Origin: an uncultured virus (IMG/VR IMGVR_UViG_3300025009_000095)
Taxonomy: Duplodnaviria; Heunggongvirae; Uroviricota; Caudoviricetes
DNA: 64,000 nucleotides
IMG/VR virus record: IMGVR_UViG_3300025009_000095
Direction: 5' to 3' (one strand)
Under the pieces are notes generated by a model. The model had not been told where the DNA came from. It saw only the letters and a list, made by a program, of their open reading frames with translations, and made no database searches. Positions 18,901 to 27,725 of the stretch are shown here, one piece after another (position 1 is the first letter of the stretch; every line of letters starts with the position of its first letter). The translations under genes and the position numbers were made by a program.

Positions 18901-21376
18901 TCAATTAGCAGCACAGGGGAACATTGATCAATCTAATCAAATGATTAATGAATCTCTTGAAGTTGAACAAAGATTATCTGATGTAGAGTATGATGAAATA
19001 TTCATGGAGAAGAATAATCTCCTGAAAGACATTGCACAAAATGCAAGGATGAAGTATCATGAGATAAAACTTCTTGCAGATAAAGCACTTGGTTCAATAT
19101 CTACCAGACTTAAAAATATTGATCCAGAACTTTCTGAACATCTTAGATGGCTTGATCATAAAACAAGTCAGAAGATTATTGCTGTACTGAAGACTGCAAA
19201 GCCTTTGCTTGATGCAACTAAAAGAATGTCACCCGAAGATAAGAGTGCTTGGAACTGGGCAAGACTAAATTCTGATGAAGGAAAGATTGAGCAACTTGCA
19301 CAGAAATATAATCTGACTGAAGGTCAAAATAATCTTCGTGAAAAGTTAAATCAAATTCGCCAAGAAGCAATCGAAGTAGGTTATGATGTAGGTTTCATTA
19401 AAGAATATTGGCCACGAGTTATCAAAGACCAAGAAGGTTTTCTACAAGCAACACAAGAAATTTCTCAGCGAGCTGTATTTACTGAAGCTTTCAGAGATCA
19501 GGCAAAGAAGCTTGGCATATCTCAGGAACAATTTGAACGTGAGTTTCCTGAAGTTAAAGCAGACATTATTAGTAATCTGATTCTTGGTAGAGCTACAGGA
19601 ATTGGTGGACCTGGCAACATTAAAGCTCGTGTGTATGAAACGATTCCAAAAGAGTTTGCAAAGTTCTACATGGATGCTGATGCAGCATTGATGCAGTATG
19701 TTTACAGTATGACAAAGAAGATCGAAGCAAGGAAATTCTTTGGTAAGGTTCCTCAGAGAATCAGCGATCTTAAATCAGCAAAGAAAAGAAAACAAGCAGA
19801 TTTAATAAAGTACAATCAGCTTGCTGATATGGCACGTGCTGAAAATCCAGAAAGACTTGCAGATTATGAAGATCGAATCAGTAACTTAAATGATGATCTT
19901 AGTCTCATTGAAGAAAAGTTAAATGTATATAAACATACACATGATTATACTGAAAACATTGGAACTTACATTGATGATCTAAGAATTGCAGGAAGAATTC
20001 AAGCTAAGGATGAAAAAGTAGTTCGTGATATTCTTGATGCAAGATTCCATGAACATGGTACGACTGGTGTAGTTAACGCGTATAAGAACTTATCCTATAT
20101 TGATACTATGGGAAGCCCACTGTCTGCTATCACACAGATTGGTGACTTAGCTTGGGCAATGTATGTTGGTAAGGTATGGACACCACAAGGCTTCAGTGAT
20201 ACAGTTAAGAATCTTTCCAAAGCAATACTGAAAAGATCAAACATAACTAAGGAAGACTTAGGAATCGAACGAATCGCGCAGGAATTTGCTGATGGAACAA
20301 CATTAAGTAAAGCAGTCAATAAAGTATTCTGGGCTGTTGGCCTGGAAAAAATAGACACGATTGGTAAAGAGGTCTTAATTAATAATGCTCTTGATCAATT
20401 CAAAGCACAGGCAAGAAGAGACCCCGAAGCATTAGCTAAGTTAATCAGGCCGACTTTTGGAAGCAAATCAACTGATGTAGTGCAGGAGATTTTAGCAGAT
20501 AATCCATCTGATAATGTTAAGATGTTACTTTATTCTAAGTTGCTTGACTTCCAACCATTAGCTCTTTCTGAGATGCCTGAGAAGTATCTTACTGCTGGAA
20601 ATGGTCGAGTATTTTACATGCTCAAGACATACACCTTGAAACAGTTTGATGTTTTCAGGCGAGAGGTTATTCATAATATTAAGTCTGAAAATCCTCAGCA
20701 AAAACTTCAAGGCATGACTAACATGATTCAGCTGATGGCATTACTTACTATTGCTAATGCTGGAGCAGATGAGATCAAAGATTTTATGCTTGGAAAAGAA
20801 TCAAAGTTCTCAGACAATGTTATTGATAATTTTCTGACAATGGGCGGAGCTTCAAGGTTTGTGAGGTTACAAGTAGTTAAGGAAGGTTTTGGATCTGCAC
20901 TGATGCAACAGATTCTTCCGCCGATGAAGTTTGTTAATGCTGCAAGTAAAGATGTAGCAGAAGGTTACAAGAATCACGTATCAGGCGATACCAGTAGTTT
21001 TGACCATGCAAGGATCATTGACTCGATTCCTGGTCTTGGTAAACTTTATTATTGGCATTATGGTAGAGGGACTGATCTAAAGAAATCTATCAGTGAGCAG
21101 GAATTTACAAAGGCAGGAACAGATACGAGATTGTTTAAGAAGCAGCTTGAAAATTCTCAAGATAAGCGCACTTTTATTGAGTCAAATCTTGACAGATTCA
21201 AACAGATGAAAGTACATGAGAATTTTCAAGCAGCTCTTAATAGAAATAAAGCAGTGATTAACAAGTTAGAAAAGATTCCCTCAACAGCAAATGTTCAGGA
21301 AAGACTTGGGCAACTGAAAGCTCAGCGAGAAAGTATTTTGAAAAAGTATCTTGAAGTAAGAGAAACATTACAATAA
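15968..21376 (+). CDS. Large DNA-ejection/polyvalent-type virion protein with HExxH motif
   Basis: 1802 aa; N-terminal NPYDQFD repeat; Gly/Ala-rich helices; SLHEITHAV...NEFLA zincin-like motif; last late gene. Confidence 0.6.
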   Translation: MSINPYDQFDSTEENPYNQFDSVNAVTKPALATASDDSDFVPGVKRGLQNLQASLYGAGALAGAGLKNLGAESVGQSLQDFGMEGYNRNIEEAKQYPAKHTFKDVYTGEAGIGGTIDWAQGTLGELVPSMAEAAVGAIAGSAVAPGPGTIAGGLAARTVIKKGIEESVKQALKRGVGNLTEDQVRKQLTGQALKKLGGKIGIGAAVMPMESGGMYADLLQNKGIDAPETALLFGALATSLEFAGGNSKLVDTFVDALSNGATGTVKKSAKELLTNIPQEALQEGGQELLSILNTVANTDEKLLTADNVERIIESMAAGAIGGGAGAVVNAGFSSQATKPGTEKTDQELMLDKRATNILTQEKDQIDQSIQKLSTDLKSNQELLGDLDKLGAKAKEENIEPTELFRKLTDDNKNNQGLLDKINSGIKAKEDLAKKEYEKLSPEDKAVKDFENKLIAKRETDAQKIKTDLEVLSKRETIALDQYKNEQDPEKKKAIADRVFNLRKEKNTLTDRQLEIKEVNQAKEFADAKKADEIRQEREAFYNQSWADIVNKDAVESGNVFQEELSSKNIADYIDYINNAKVEDRQQALNQLKSKVEAEKDNQKITEYTDYIKNNLSDIIKQEEAAKAQATGEKFYTDLFAQEKRPFNIDAYNEVTSKYAEESAAAFEKAGMAKGQTSPFTDEQQVPLTDQQQIIVDKNNFQIAKLNEQYNSTIDRDERINVLNQIDVLEKDNANIRTSIEQFNPNEQQVNEFLEFQVADNQENNTSQTITKQETLLGNILTQVKEAEGLTGQLAKFISDFIPDSKLDIKVIIDPLARSASYVGGQVNTITLRDPAQLTTSLHEITHAVTVREMKANEQIRNQVILLMDRVKAKAIKEALITPAQLELLESQQTSRGYKENLNNQFKYDNVAYGLLNENEFLAQAMGSLQFQELLKATTIADKGTLRNAWDVFVELVMKALGIKSTHKNAFGESLNLIAQLAAQGNIDQSNQMINESLEVEQRLSDVEYDEIFMEKNNLLKDIAQNARMKYHEIKLLADKALGSISTRLKNIDPELSEHLRWLDHKTSQKIIAVLKTAKPLLDATKRMSPEDKSAWNWARLNSDEGKIEQLAQKYNLTEGQNNLREKLNQIRQEAIEVGYDVGFIKEYWPRVIKDQEGFLQATQEISQRAVFTEAFRDQAKKLGISQEQFEREFPEVKADIISNLILGRATGIGGPGNIKARVYETIPKEFAKFYMDADAALMQYVYSMTKKIEARKFFGKVPQRISDLKSAKKRKQADLIKYNQLADMARAENPERLADYEDRISNLNDDLSLIEEKLNVYKHTHDYTENIGTYIDDLRIAGRIQAKDEKVVRDILDARFHEHGTTGVVNAYKNLSYIDTMGSPLSAITQIGDLAWAMYVGKVWTPQGFSDTVKNLSKAILKRSNITKEDLGIERIAQEFADGTTLSKAVNKVFWAVGLEKIDTIGKEVLINNALDQFKAQARRDPEALAKLIRPTFGSKSTDVVQEILADNPSDNVKMLLYSKLLDFQPLALSEMPEKYLTAGNGRVFYMLKTYTLKQFDVFRREVIHNIKSENPQQKLQGMTNMIQLMALLTIANAGADEIKDFMLGKESKFSDNVIDNFLTMGGASRFVRLQVVKEGFGSALMQQILPPMKFVNAASKDVAEGYKNHVSGDTSSFDHARIIDSIPGLGKLYYWHYGRGTDLKKSISEQEFTKAGTDTRLFKKQLENSQDKRTFIESNLDRFKQMKVHENFQAALNRNKAVINKLEKIPSTANVQERLGQLKAQRESILKKYLEVRETLQ

Positions 21377-21383
21377 ATTAAAG

Positions 21384-21417
21384 ATAGGGCATGGAGAAAT
21401 TCATGCCCTATTTTTTT
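21384..21417 (+). terminator. Intrinsic terminator between the convergent arms
   Basis: ATAGGGCATG-N8-CATGCCCTAT followed by a T tract. Confidence 0.8.
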
Positions 21418-21577
21418 AATCATTCTTTTGTTTTTGATGTGCCTGAATATTCTTATGCACTCCCTTCCGTGCTCGCTCTCGTTCTTTCTCAATATAAGCT
21501 TCGATTGATTCTACTGTAGATTCCATGCCTTCGCATCTTGCAAGGATCGCGCTGATTTCTATTCGATCTTTTTTCAT
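21416..21577 (-). CDS. Small hypothetical protein (53 aa, not in ORF track)
   Basis: MKKDRIEISAILARCEGMESTVESIEAYIEKERERARKG...; GGAG RBS. Confidence 0.5.
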   Translation of the reverse strand: MKKDRIEISAILARCEGMESTVESIEAYIEKERERARKGVHKNIQAHQKQKND

Positions 21578-21578
21578 G

Positions 21579-22454
21579 TTATAAAAACTCCTCCCAAGGC
21601 ATCATGTTCATTACTCGTTGCATATCTGGATGAGCAGATTTTGCTGTTCGTAGCTTTCTAATATGTGCCCATTCAGCAGCGTCTGCTGTAACCACGATCT
21701 CAGTCTTCAGAGCGTTGGGCAAGATTGCTCTGGCTTGTTGGGGAGAGCGTCCATAGGAAATAAGTGATTGATATAAATCTTCATCATATTTAAATAATGT
21801 TTCCATCCAATCTCTTTCTTCTTCATCTTCAGAACCATCCCACCACCAAGGCTCAATAAACTCCATATCCTTGCCACCGTAATTCACATACCGGGTTGAT
21901 TCTTGAGCGAACGAGCATGGTCGGTGCCTTACCAGTTCATGACTGACTCCTCGATCACAGATGAATTTTGCTGAGTAGCGATGAAGTTCTTTGGGAATTT
22001 CATCATGAGGACAGACTTCCCAAGAGGATCGTAACGTTATCATACTTTGGTCAAACAATGTTCCATATATTTCCACAAATGGAACAAGCACCGCAGCATA
22101 CCTAATTTCCATAGTCACTTGCGCCCAGGCTGTTAAACTGCCACCAACATAGATGTGATCTTTCCTTACTATAACCTTAATATATTTTCCTAGTTGTTCT
22201 GCTAGCAATGCAACATATGCAGAAGTAAAACTATTGTTAGCTCTGACCACAAAGTTGCTATGTTCGACCATAGCCAAATGTGGATAAGGTTTTGCTCTGA
22301 TTAATTTTCTTACAAATCCTTCAGCACTATCTTCAGTGATCTTATCCTCTGATTTGTAGCAGGTTCTTCCTGCCATCTCGATGAACTTGAGAGCAGCATT
22401 ATATTCAGTTGGCACTGCGCCGAAAAACTCTACTGATGGTTTGATTATTTTCAT
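21579..22454 (-). CDS. thyX: FAD-dependent thymidylate synthase
   Basis: SHELVRHRPCSFAQESTRY ThyX signature; QARAILPNA. Confidence 0.95.
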   Translation of the reverse strand: MKIIKPSVEFFGAVPTEYNAALKFIEMAGRTCYKSEDKITEDSAEGFVRKLIRAKPYPHLAMVEHSNFVVRANNSFTSAYVALLAEQLGKYIKVIVRKDHIYVGGSLTAWAQVTMEIRYAAVLVPFVEIYGTLFDQSMITLRSSWEVCPHDEIPKELHRYSAKFICDRGVSHELVRHRPCSFAQESTRYVNYGGKDMEFIEPWWWDGSEDEEERDWMETLFKYDEDLYQSLISYGRSPQQARAILPNALKTEIVVTADAAEWAHIRKLRTAKSAHPDMQRVMNMMPWEEFL

Positions 22455-22789
22455 TTTGATTCTCCAGAACGAAGAAATTGTCGATGAATACTTCTACTTT
22501 CTTTAGTAAGAGGATTATATACTTCAACTACACCATTAAGACTTTCAGAAAGAACATAAGCGGAGGTGATAGGCTTTCCATCCTTATCTTTCCAGAAAAT
22601 TTTTTCGCTAAAATAATTATCAGAAAATACGACAATCTCATTCTTGGTGAACAGTCCCATCTTTGGCATCTCCTGTTTTTTATATGCTGTTATCCCTGCT
22701 GTAATAATTATACTTGCTATAATAATTATCCCAATGATTAAATATCTAATGTTATATTTGAGTCTTTCCGCAAAAGTTGACATACTCAT
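22451..22789 (-). CDS. Hypothetical membrane protein
   Basis: N-terminal TM helix; GGAG RBS. Confidence 0.5.
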   Translation of the reverse strand: MSMSTFAERLKYNIRYLIIGIIIIASIIITAGITAYKKQEMPKMGLFTKNEIVVFSDNYFSEKIFWKDKDGKPITSAYVLSESLNGVVEVYNPLTKESRSIHRQFLRSGESK

Positions 22790-22844
22790 TTCTCCTATAC
22801 AGTAGCTACAACATAAATGATTATAGCCAATGTTATATATAATG

Positions 22845-23030
22845 TCATTTGTTTTCCTTATTTATTATTTGTTCTTGCATCTCAGATAAAATTTGTATGT
22901 GATTATTAAGTTCTTTAATCTTTTCATTAATTGCATCTATGCTTGCTTTTGTTAAGTTTTTATGAAGAAACTCACGAAGCAATGGGGCATGAATATGAGC
23001 CCTGTCAAGTGTTTTAAGATGTGCTTTCAT
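22845..23030 (-). CDS. Hypothetical protein
   Basis: Coupled ORF, GGAGG RBS. Confidence 0.45.
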   Translation of the reverse strand: MKAHLKTLDRAHIHAPLLREFLHKNLTKASIDAINEKIKELNNHIQILSEMQEQIINKENK

Positions 23031-23227
23031 TCATCAATGCCTCCTTGTGCTTTAGAAATTTCCAAGCATATCGTATCAACGATTACTCTGAGTTTATGAT
23101 TCTCTGGTCGATTCTCGTATGGACATGTCGCATGAACAAAATTTTCACCAATTACAAAATAAAAATTTTCATTATCAATTACTGCTTTAATTCTTTTGCA
23201 TCTTGCTACATCAGGTGAGTGGCTCAT
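23027..23227 (-). CDS. Hypothetical protein
   Basis: Coupled ORF in operon. Confidence 0.45.
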   Translation of the reverse strand: MSHSPDVARCKRIKAVIDNENFYFVIGENFVHATCPYENRPENHKLRVIVDTICLEISKAQGGIDE

Positions 23228-23396
23228 TATTACATTCCTTGACTATTTTAATACAATCTTTAATTGCTTGTACAGTAGCCGCAGCTGTAACTCCATCAGG
23301 AATTATTATGTTAGCAGCGTCACGAACTGGAATGGATTCTTTCTTAAGTAAAAAGGATTGGAGTTTTTGTAAGATTTCATCTTTAAGTTTATTCAT
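23211..23396 (-). CDS. Hypothetical protein
   Basis: Coupled ORF in operon. Confidence 0.45.
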   Translation of the reverse strand: MNKLKDEILQKLQSFLLKKESIPVRDAANIIIPDGVTAAATVQAIKDCIKIVKECNNEPLT

Positions 23397-23902
23397 AAAG
23401 CTTTTCTTAAAAGATACTGATAAAGTTTTTCATTCCAAATAGCATCTGACAAAGCATTATGTTCATCTACAGAATCAGGGATTTTTTCTTTTCCTGTCTC
23501 ATCTAATAATTGTTTAAGATCTTTACAATACATAGGCCAGCCAGTAGGTAAATTAATCATCGAACCAAACAACCAACAAAATACTACCCAATCATAATCA
23601 GCATAATAGCCCCAAAACTCTGGAATATCATCACCAATAAACATTTTTACAATATCAGCAATTCTTTTGTTATTTGAAAACATTACAAAAGAATTTGATA
23701 TAGACCTATCAATAAATGGTTTTTTATTTTGATGTAAAAGTTTAGATATCACATTTTCTTTTACCCAATCATTAGCTTTATTTTTATTAAAATCAGTTGA
23801 TTCTGCATAAAAAGTTCTACCATCTTCACATTTTATACCTAATGAAATAAGATCAATTGTACATGGATATTCAATAAATTCTGTATCAATATAATATTTC
23901 AT
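23393..23902 (-). CDS. DEDDh 3'-5' exoribonuclease (Rv2179c/RNase AS-like)
   Basis: YYIDTEF, YYADYDWV, HNALSDA motifs. Confidence 0.85.
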   Translation of the reverse strand: MKYYIDTEFIEYPCTIDLISLGIKCEDGRTFYAESTDFNKNKANDWVKENVISKLLHQNKKPFIDRSISNSFVMFSNNKRIADIVKMFIGDDIPEFWGYYADYDWVVFCWLFGSMINLPTGWPMYCKDLKQLLDETGKEKIPDSVDEHNALSDAIWNEKLYQYLLRKAL

Positions 23903-23904
23903 CT

Positions 23905-24234
23905 TTATTTCTCCTTATCAAACAAGTATCTAATTTCAACTTCAAGTCCTTGTTTCTTAGCCTGATCAATTCCATACTGCATACCTTTCGTTATACCTAA
24001 GTCAGCATACACTACAGATGCTTGAGCAACAACTTTCCATGCAAGTCCTGCATCAATACCAAGTTGTCTTTCTGCTGGAATATGATCATTTAATATGCTA
24101 TCTTGAGTATATAACAAGTGACTTGCTATTGGTGCTTCTCCACGAAGTAGGCTGTCTCTGACACATCTTCTTGCATATTGAATATTTCTAGGGACATTTC
24201 CAGCATATGGACTTTCTAATATCACAAGTTTCAT
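23905..24234 (-). CDS. Nucleoside deoxyribosyltransferase-like (DUF4406-like) protein
   Basis: VILESPYAG...GEAPIASHLLY...GITKGMQYGI. Confidence 0.65.
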   Translation of the reverse strand: MKLVILESPYAGNVPRNIQYARRCVRDSLLRGEAPIASHLLYTQDSILNDHIPAERQLGIDAGLAWKVVAQASVVYADLGITKGMQYGIDQAKKQGLEVEIRYLFDKEK

Positions 24235-24235
24235 T

Positions 24236-25258
24236 TTATTTTATTTTCTCCTTAAAAACAATTGGGCAGGGTTTAATTGGATTAAGCTTTGACAGTTCTT
24301 TTTTATACTCTGAGTAAAGCTCATCCCAATCTGGAATTTGTTCTTTTAAATATTCTAAAAGATCATTTCCAGTACGTTTTGCACAGTGTCCATGATGACA
24401 TTTTAAAACCATATAACCGTTTGATTGAACAAAGACTGTAGCGCGATCATCTGAAGGATCAGTATGCTCAGCAGCCCAAGGACAACTAATATCATAATGA
24501 CCTTCATTAAGAATGTTTTTAATTTCAAGCTTTTCCCAGGCAGGATGTTGTGAAGCATAATGATCTTCAAGAAAGTCATAATCTTTAGAGTTGCTGTACT
24601 TTGATGAGACAGTCAAGTCAATATCAAATGAGCTTGCTAAATCCTCAATAGAAATTTTAACTTTCGGCTGCCAAATTACTAGATTACATTTAAAAATCTT
24701 ACCATTGTTTAAGGCAACTTTACTTTTCTTTGTATTGTAGCCTTCAGGCAACCTGACATATCTTGTAACTCCAAGCATCCCCGAATCAATTCCATCAGGG
24801 CAAAGTTTACTAACTAAGCCAGCAAGAAGATTCTCAACAAAAGTTCGTTCCTTGCATGGCTTAGTTAGTATGTAACCCCACTGCTGAGATCCTGGAGAAG
24901 TCTCAAGAACCCAGCTCGGTGCAGGCTTATCAAGCATTAAGTTTAGTGGAATCTTTTCTCCAACATCATCAATCACTATGCAGTGAGTTGACTTGAAAAG
25001 TTCTTTCCTTCTGCGAGCTAGCTGATCTTCAGTCTCATGAAACAAACTAATCGTAAAGTATTGATTTGCATAATCACGCAGCATTCTGTTGACGTAGAAA
25101 TTTCCTAACCATGCGCGCTTGCTTTCTTCTGAAAACCTAGTACCGGGATCGTGAAAGAAGTCCGTCACATGAGCCCAGATAAAATCGTCCCCAAAGATTG
25201 CCTGAAGAAATTCTTGATTTGAAATATTCATAGTTGAAATTTCAGTTTCGTTGTTCAT
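24236..25258 (-). CDS. RepB-like DNA primase
   Basis: VIDDVG, LETSPGSQQWGY, TRYVRLPEGYN; C-terminal CPW..H...CHHGHC zinc site. Confidence 0.8.
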   Translation of the reverse strand: MNNETEISTMNISNQEFLQAIFGDDFIWAHVTDFFHDPGTRFSEESKRAWLGNFYVNRMLRDYANQYFTISLFHETEDQLARRRKELFKSTHCIVIDDVGEKIPLNLMLDKPAPSWVLETSPGSQQWGYILTKPCKERTFVENLLAGLVSKLCPDGIDSGMLGVTRYVRLPEGYNTKKSKVALNNGKIFKCNLVIWQPKVKISIEDLASSFDIDLTVSSKYSNSKDYDFLEDHYASQHPAWEKLEIKNILNEGHYDISCPWAAEHTDPSDDRATVFVQSNGYMVLKCHHGHCAKRTGNDLLEYLKEQIPDWDELYSEYKKELSKLNPIKPCPIVFKEKIK

Positions 25259-25273
25259 TTGTGAACAAAAAGT

Positions 25274-25468
25274 TTATTCTTTTTGTCCATATTGTTCTAG
25301 TATAACTTTTATTCTTTCTATCATCACGTTAAGTCTTTTATCAAACTCTTCTGCTTTTGCATAAAATTTTTCAAGCTCATCAGCTGCTTGTAATCTTGCT
25401 TCACGTAATTCATGTTCATCAATACCATAAGGGTTTCGTAAATAAGATAACATTCTCATTTTAGTCAT
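25274..25468 (-). CDS. Hypothetical protein
   Basis: ORF with AGGAG RBS. Confidence 0.45.
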   Translation of the reverse strand: MTKMRMLSYLRNPYGIDEHELREARLQAADELEKFYAKAEEFDKRLNVMIERIKVILEQYGQKE

Positions 25469-25472
25469 ATTT

Positions 25473-25802
25473 TTACACTCCTACTAATGTTCTTGCACAA
25501 TAATCTGAACAAACTGGATATCTAGACATAAAATACATTTCTTCTTCTGGTTTAATTTTTCCACATACCTCACAAGAACAAAGACCATCAAAAGGTATAT
25601 ATACTCCTTTTCCTTTTGAGGGAAATTGATCTGCTGTAGGATCTACAATAACACCACTCTCTGTTTCAGTCCACCAGTGTTGTTGTTCTCCCCATTGTGC
25701 ATCATAGTAATGTCCTCTTACTAATTTAAGATCAGGATAATCCATTATTAAAGCAGCAGCATATTCAAAACACTTTCCTCTATATTTTTCATAGTCATTC
25801 AT
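25473..25802 (-). CDS. Transglutaminase/papain-like Cys-His-Asp protein with C-terminal zinc finger
   Basis: GKC...HWW...IVDPTADQF; CEVC...CSDYC. Confidence 0.5.
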   Translation of the reverse strand: MNDYEKYRGKCFEYAAALIMDYPDLKLVRGHYYDAQWGEQQHWWTETESGVIVDPTADQFPSKGKGVYIPFDGLCSCEVCGKIKPEEEMYFMSRYPVCSDYCARTLVGV

Positions 25803-25812
25803 ACTTTACCTC

Positions 25813-26448
25813 CTAGTCTAAGGTAATAATTCCTAAGTCAAGCAATGCAAAGAAGCATCGTTTCGTTGCACTAATATCTGCAAATGCATCATGAGCGCCA
25901 TCAAAGTTTTCCTTGAATAAAATCTCATGCAGTTCAATAAGCTTTGGCCATTTAGGTTTATTTAACTTATTCTTTAATCCACAAAACTTAACTACTGTTT
26001 TATCCTTCATAGTACAATAACCAGGTAAGTCAAGATAAAATGCTGACCTTGCTTCATCAGACATTTTGTCAATATTTCTTTCCATCAAATGAGTAACATA
26101 TTTCCAATCAAAATCAAAGTTATGACAGACCATTAAATCTGCCTGACGAAGCATTAACCCGAATTGTTCTGCGGCTTCAAGCTCATGAACTCCTTCAGCA
26201 TCAGCTCTTTCAACTGATATTCCATGGACTTCTTGCGCAAATGGATTCATTGATCTACCATTTGCTTTAATAATTGTATTCATTTTTGCAAAATCTTCAT
26301 TCTGATTACCTAAGATCGCACCAATTTGCACCGTCCATGCTTGATCTGGATGATCATGAGAAAGGTCTTTTTTAATAAATCCTGATGTCTCAGTATCAAA
26401 GAAAAGAATTTTAGTTTCATCAGTTAATTCAATTGTCTTGTCAGTCAT
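25813..26448 (-). CDS. DnaQ-like 3'-5' exonuclease
   Basis: FFDTETSG, HNFDFD, AHDAFAD. Confidence 0.9.
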   Translation of the reverse strand: MTDKTIELTDETKILFFDTETSGFIKKDLSHDHPDQAWTVQIGAILGNQNEDFAKMNTIIKANGRSMNPFAQEVHGISVERADAEGVHELEAAEQFGLMLRQADLMVCHNFDFDWKYVTHLMERNIDKMSDEARSAFYLDLPGYCTMKDKTVVKFCGLKNKLNKPKWPKLIELHEILFKENFDGAHDAFADISATKRCFFALLDLGIITLD

Positions 26449-26465
26449 TTAAAGTTCTCCTTAGT

Positions 26466-27722
26466 TTAACTCTTAATTAAGTTTCGATCCATTAATCTAA
26501 AAACTGTATCATCCAAGTAACCTGAACGATCAACTTCAACCTTTGTCCTGATAGTAGTATACCTTGATGCAGTTGCAGAAGTCTCAGCCTTAATCAATCC
26601 TGATTGCTCTGCCATTTCAACATATCCACGAAGCTGCGGAATGTTTTCTACATCAAGATGAAAGTTCCTCATAAGTTCAGTCCAATCAAAATATTCATGT
26701 GAATCAATAAAAGTAAGGAACTTTGCATACACATCTGATTGACTTGATAAACCCAGGCCATAAAAAGCATTTGGCATTTCTTGCTCTGTTGCTTGTAAAA
26801 TTGCTAAGGCTTTTTCAAAGTGCCTAGCAGTGATAATCATATCATTTGATTCTGATGCACAAACAATCATGCAAAGCTTATTAACATGTAAAGGTCGCCT
26901 GTGATTGTATCCGAGAAATTTATCTGACATAACCCCTGATTCATCATAATCATGTTCATACCATCGCACGTATGCTTTAAGAAATTCTTGTGATAAAATA
27001 AATGGCCCAGATAAGTTTGATATTTCCTGCAGATCAGTTTCTAAATGCTTGCTTATTTCTTCCTCCTCTTCGGTTAAAAACTGTAAGGCTCTTCGTTGCT
27101 TCGGACCATGACCAACTACGAAAATAATTCGAGAAATCAAGCCGCCGCCTACTGCGTCTTGGCTTAACTTTGATTGAAGCAAACTTGGAGTAATCGCGCC
27201 AATGATTGTCAGCCAACAATTTGATAAGTCTTCATTTTTCCTTGCTAGAGTTTTGTACTTCCAATGATCAGCACAATCAAAAAGATCAGTCAAAGCACTT
27301 AGTAGCATTTGATCTCGATCATTAAGAAAGACTTGAAATTCTTCTGACCATATAGAAACACTCTTATGCTTCTTAGTCAAGCCTTGAGGATCAACATAAC
27401 TATCCTCTGAATCCATTATTTCTTTATAAAGTGCTTGCGTAGAACCTAATGAATCTGCACCCATTGGTACATTTAAAGTTTGAACAATTGACTTAGCAAT
27501 TTTCATTGCGGTGCCTTTCCGTCCTCCAGGTGGACCGACAAGAGAAACAAATAAGTTAGGATAAACATAACCTCTCAATGCACCCCAATTACAGTAACAC
27601 TTTCTTCTGAGGGCTGAACTAATTGCAGTCAATCCTGACCACAGATGATAAAGTTCAGGAGGTTCTGTTCTCTGAGTATACTTCATATAGTATTCTAACC
27701 AATCAGAGAGTTGTCTTGACAT
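26466..27722 (-). CDS. DUF3987/YfjI-like P-loop helicase
   Basis: PNLFVSLVGPPGGRKGT Walker A; SEEF Walker B; GGLISRIIFV. Confidence 0.75.
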   Translation of the reverse strand: MSRQLSDWLEYYMKYTQRTEPPELYHLWSGLTAISSALRRKCYCNWGALRGYVYPNLFVSLVGPPGGRKGTAMKIAKSIVQTLNVPMGADSLGSTQALYKEIMDSEDSYVDPQGLTKKHKSVSIWSEEFQVFLNDRDQMLLSALTDLFDCADHWKYKTLARKNEDLSNCWLTIIGAITPSLLQSKLSQDAVGGGLISRIIFVVGHGPKQRRALQFLTEEEEEISKHLETDLQEISNLSGPFILSQEFLKAYVRWYEHDYDESGVMSDKFLGYNHRRPLHVNKLCMIVCASESNDMIITARHFEKALAILQATEQEMPNAFYGLGLSSQSDVYAKFLTFIDSHEYFDWTELMRNFHLDVENIPQLRGYVEMAEQSGLIKAETSATASRYTTIRTKVEVDRSGYLDDTVFRLMDRNLIKS

Positions 27723-27725
27723 TAT

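Noticed and set aside
15968..21376. N4-like virion RNA polymerase
   Set aside because: Much shorter than N4 vRNAP and no recognisable polymerase motifs
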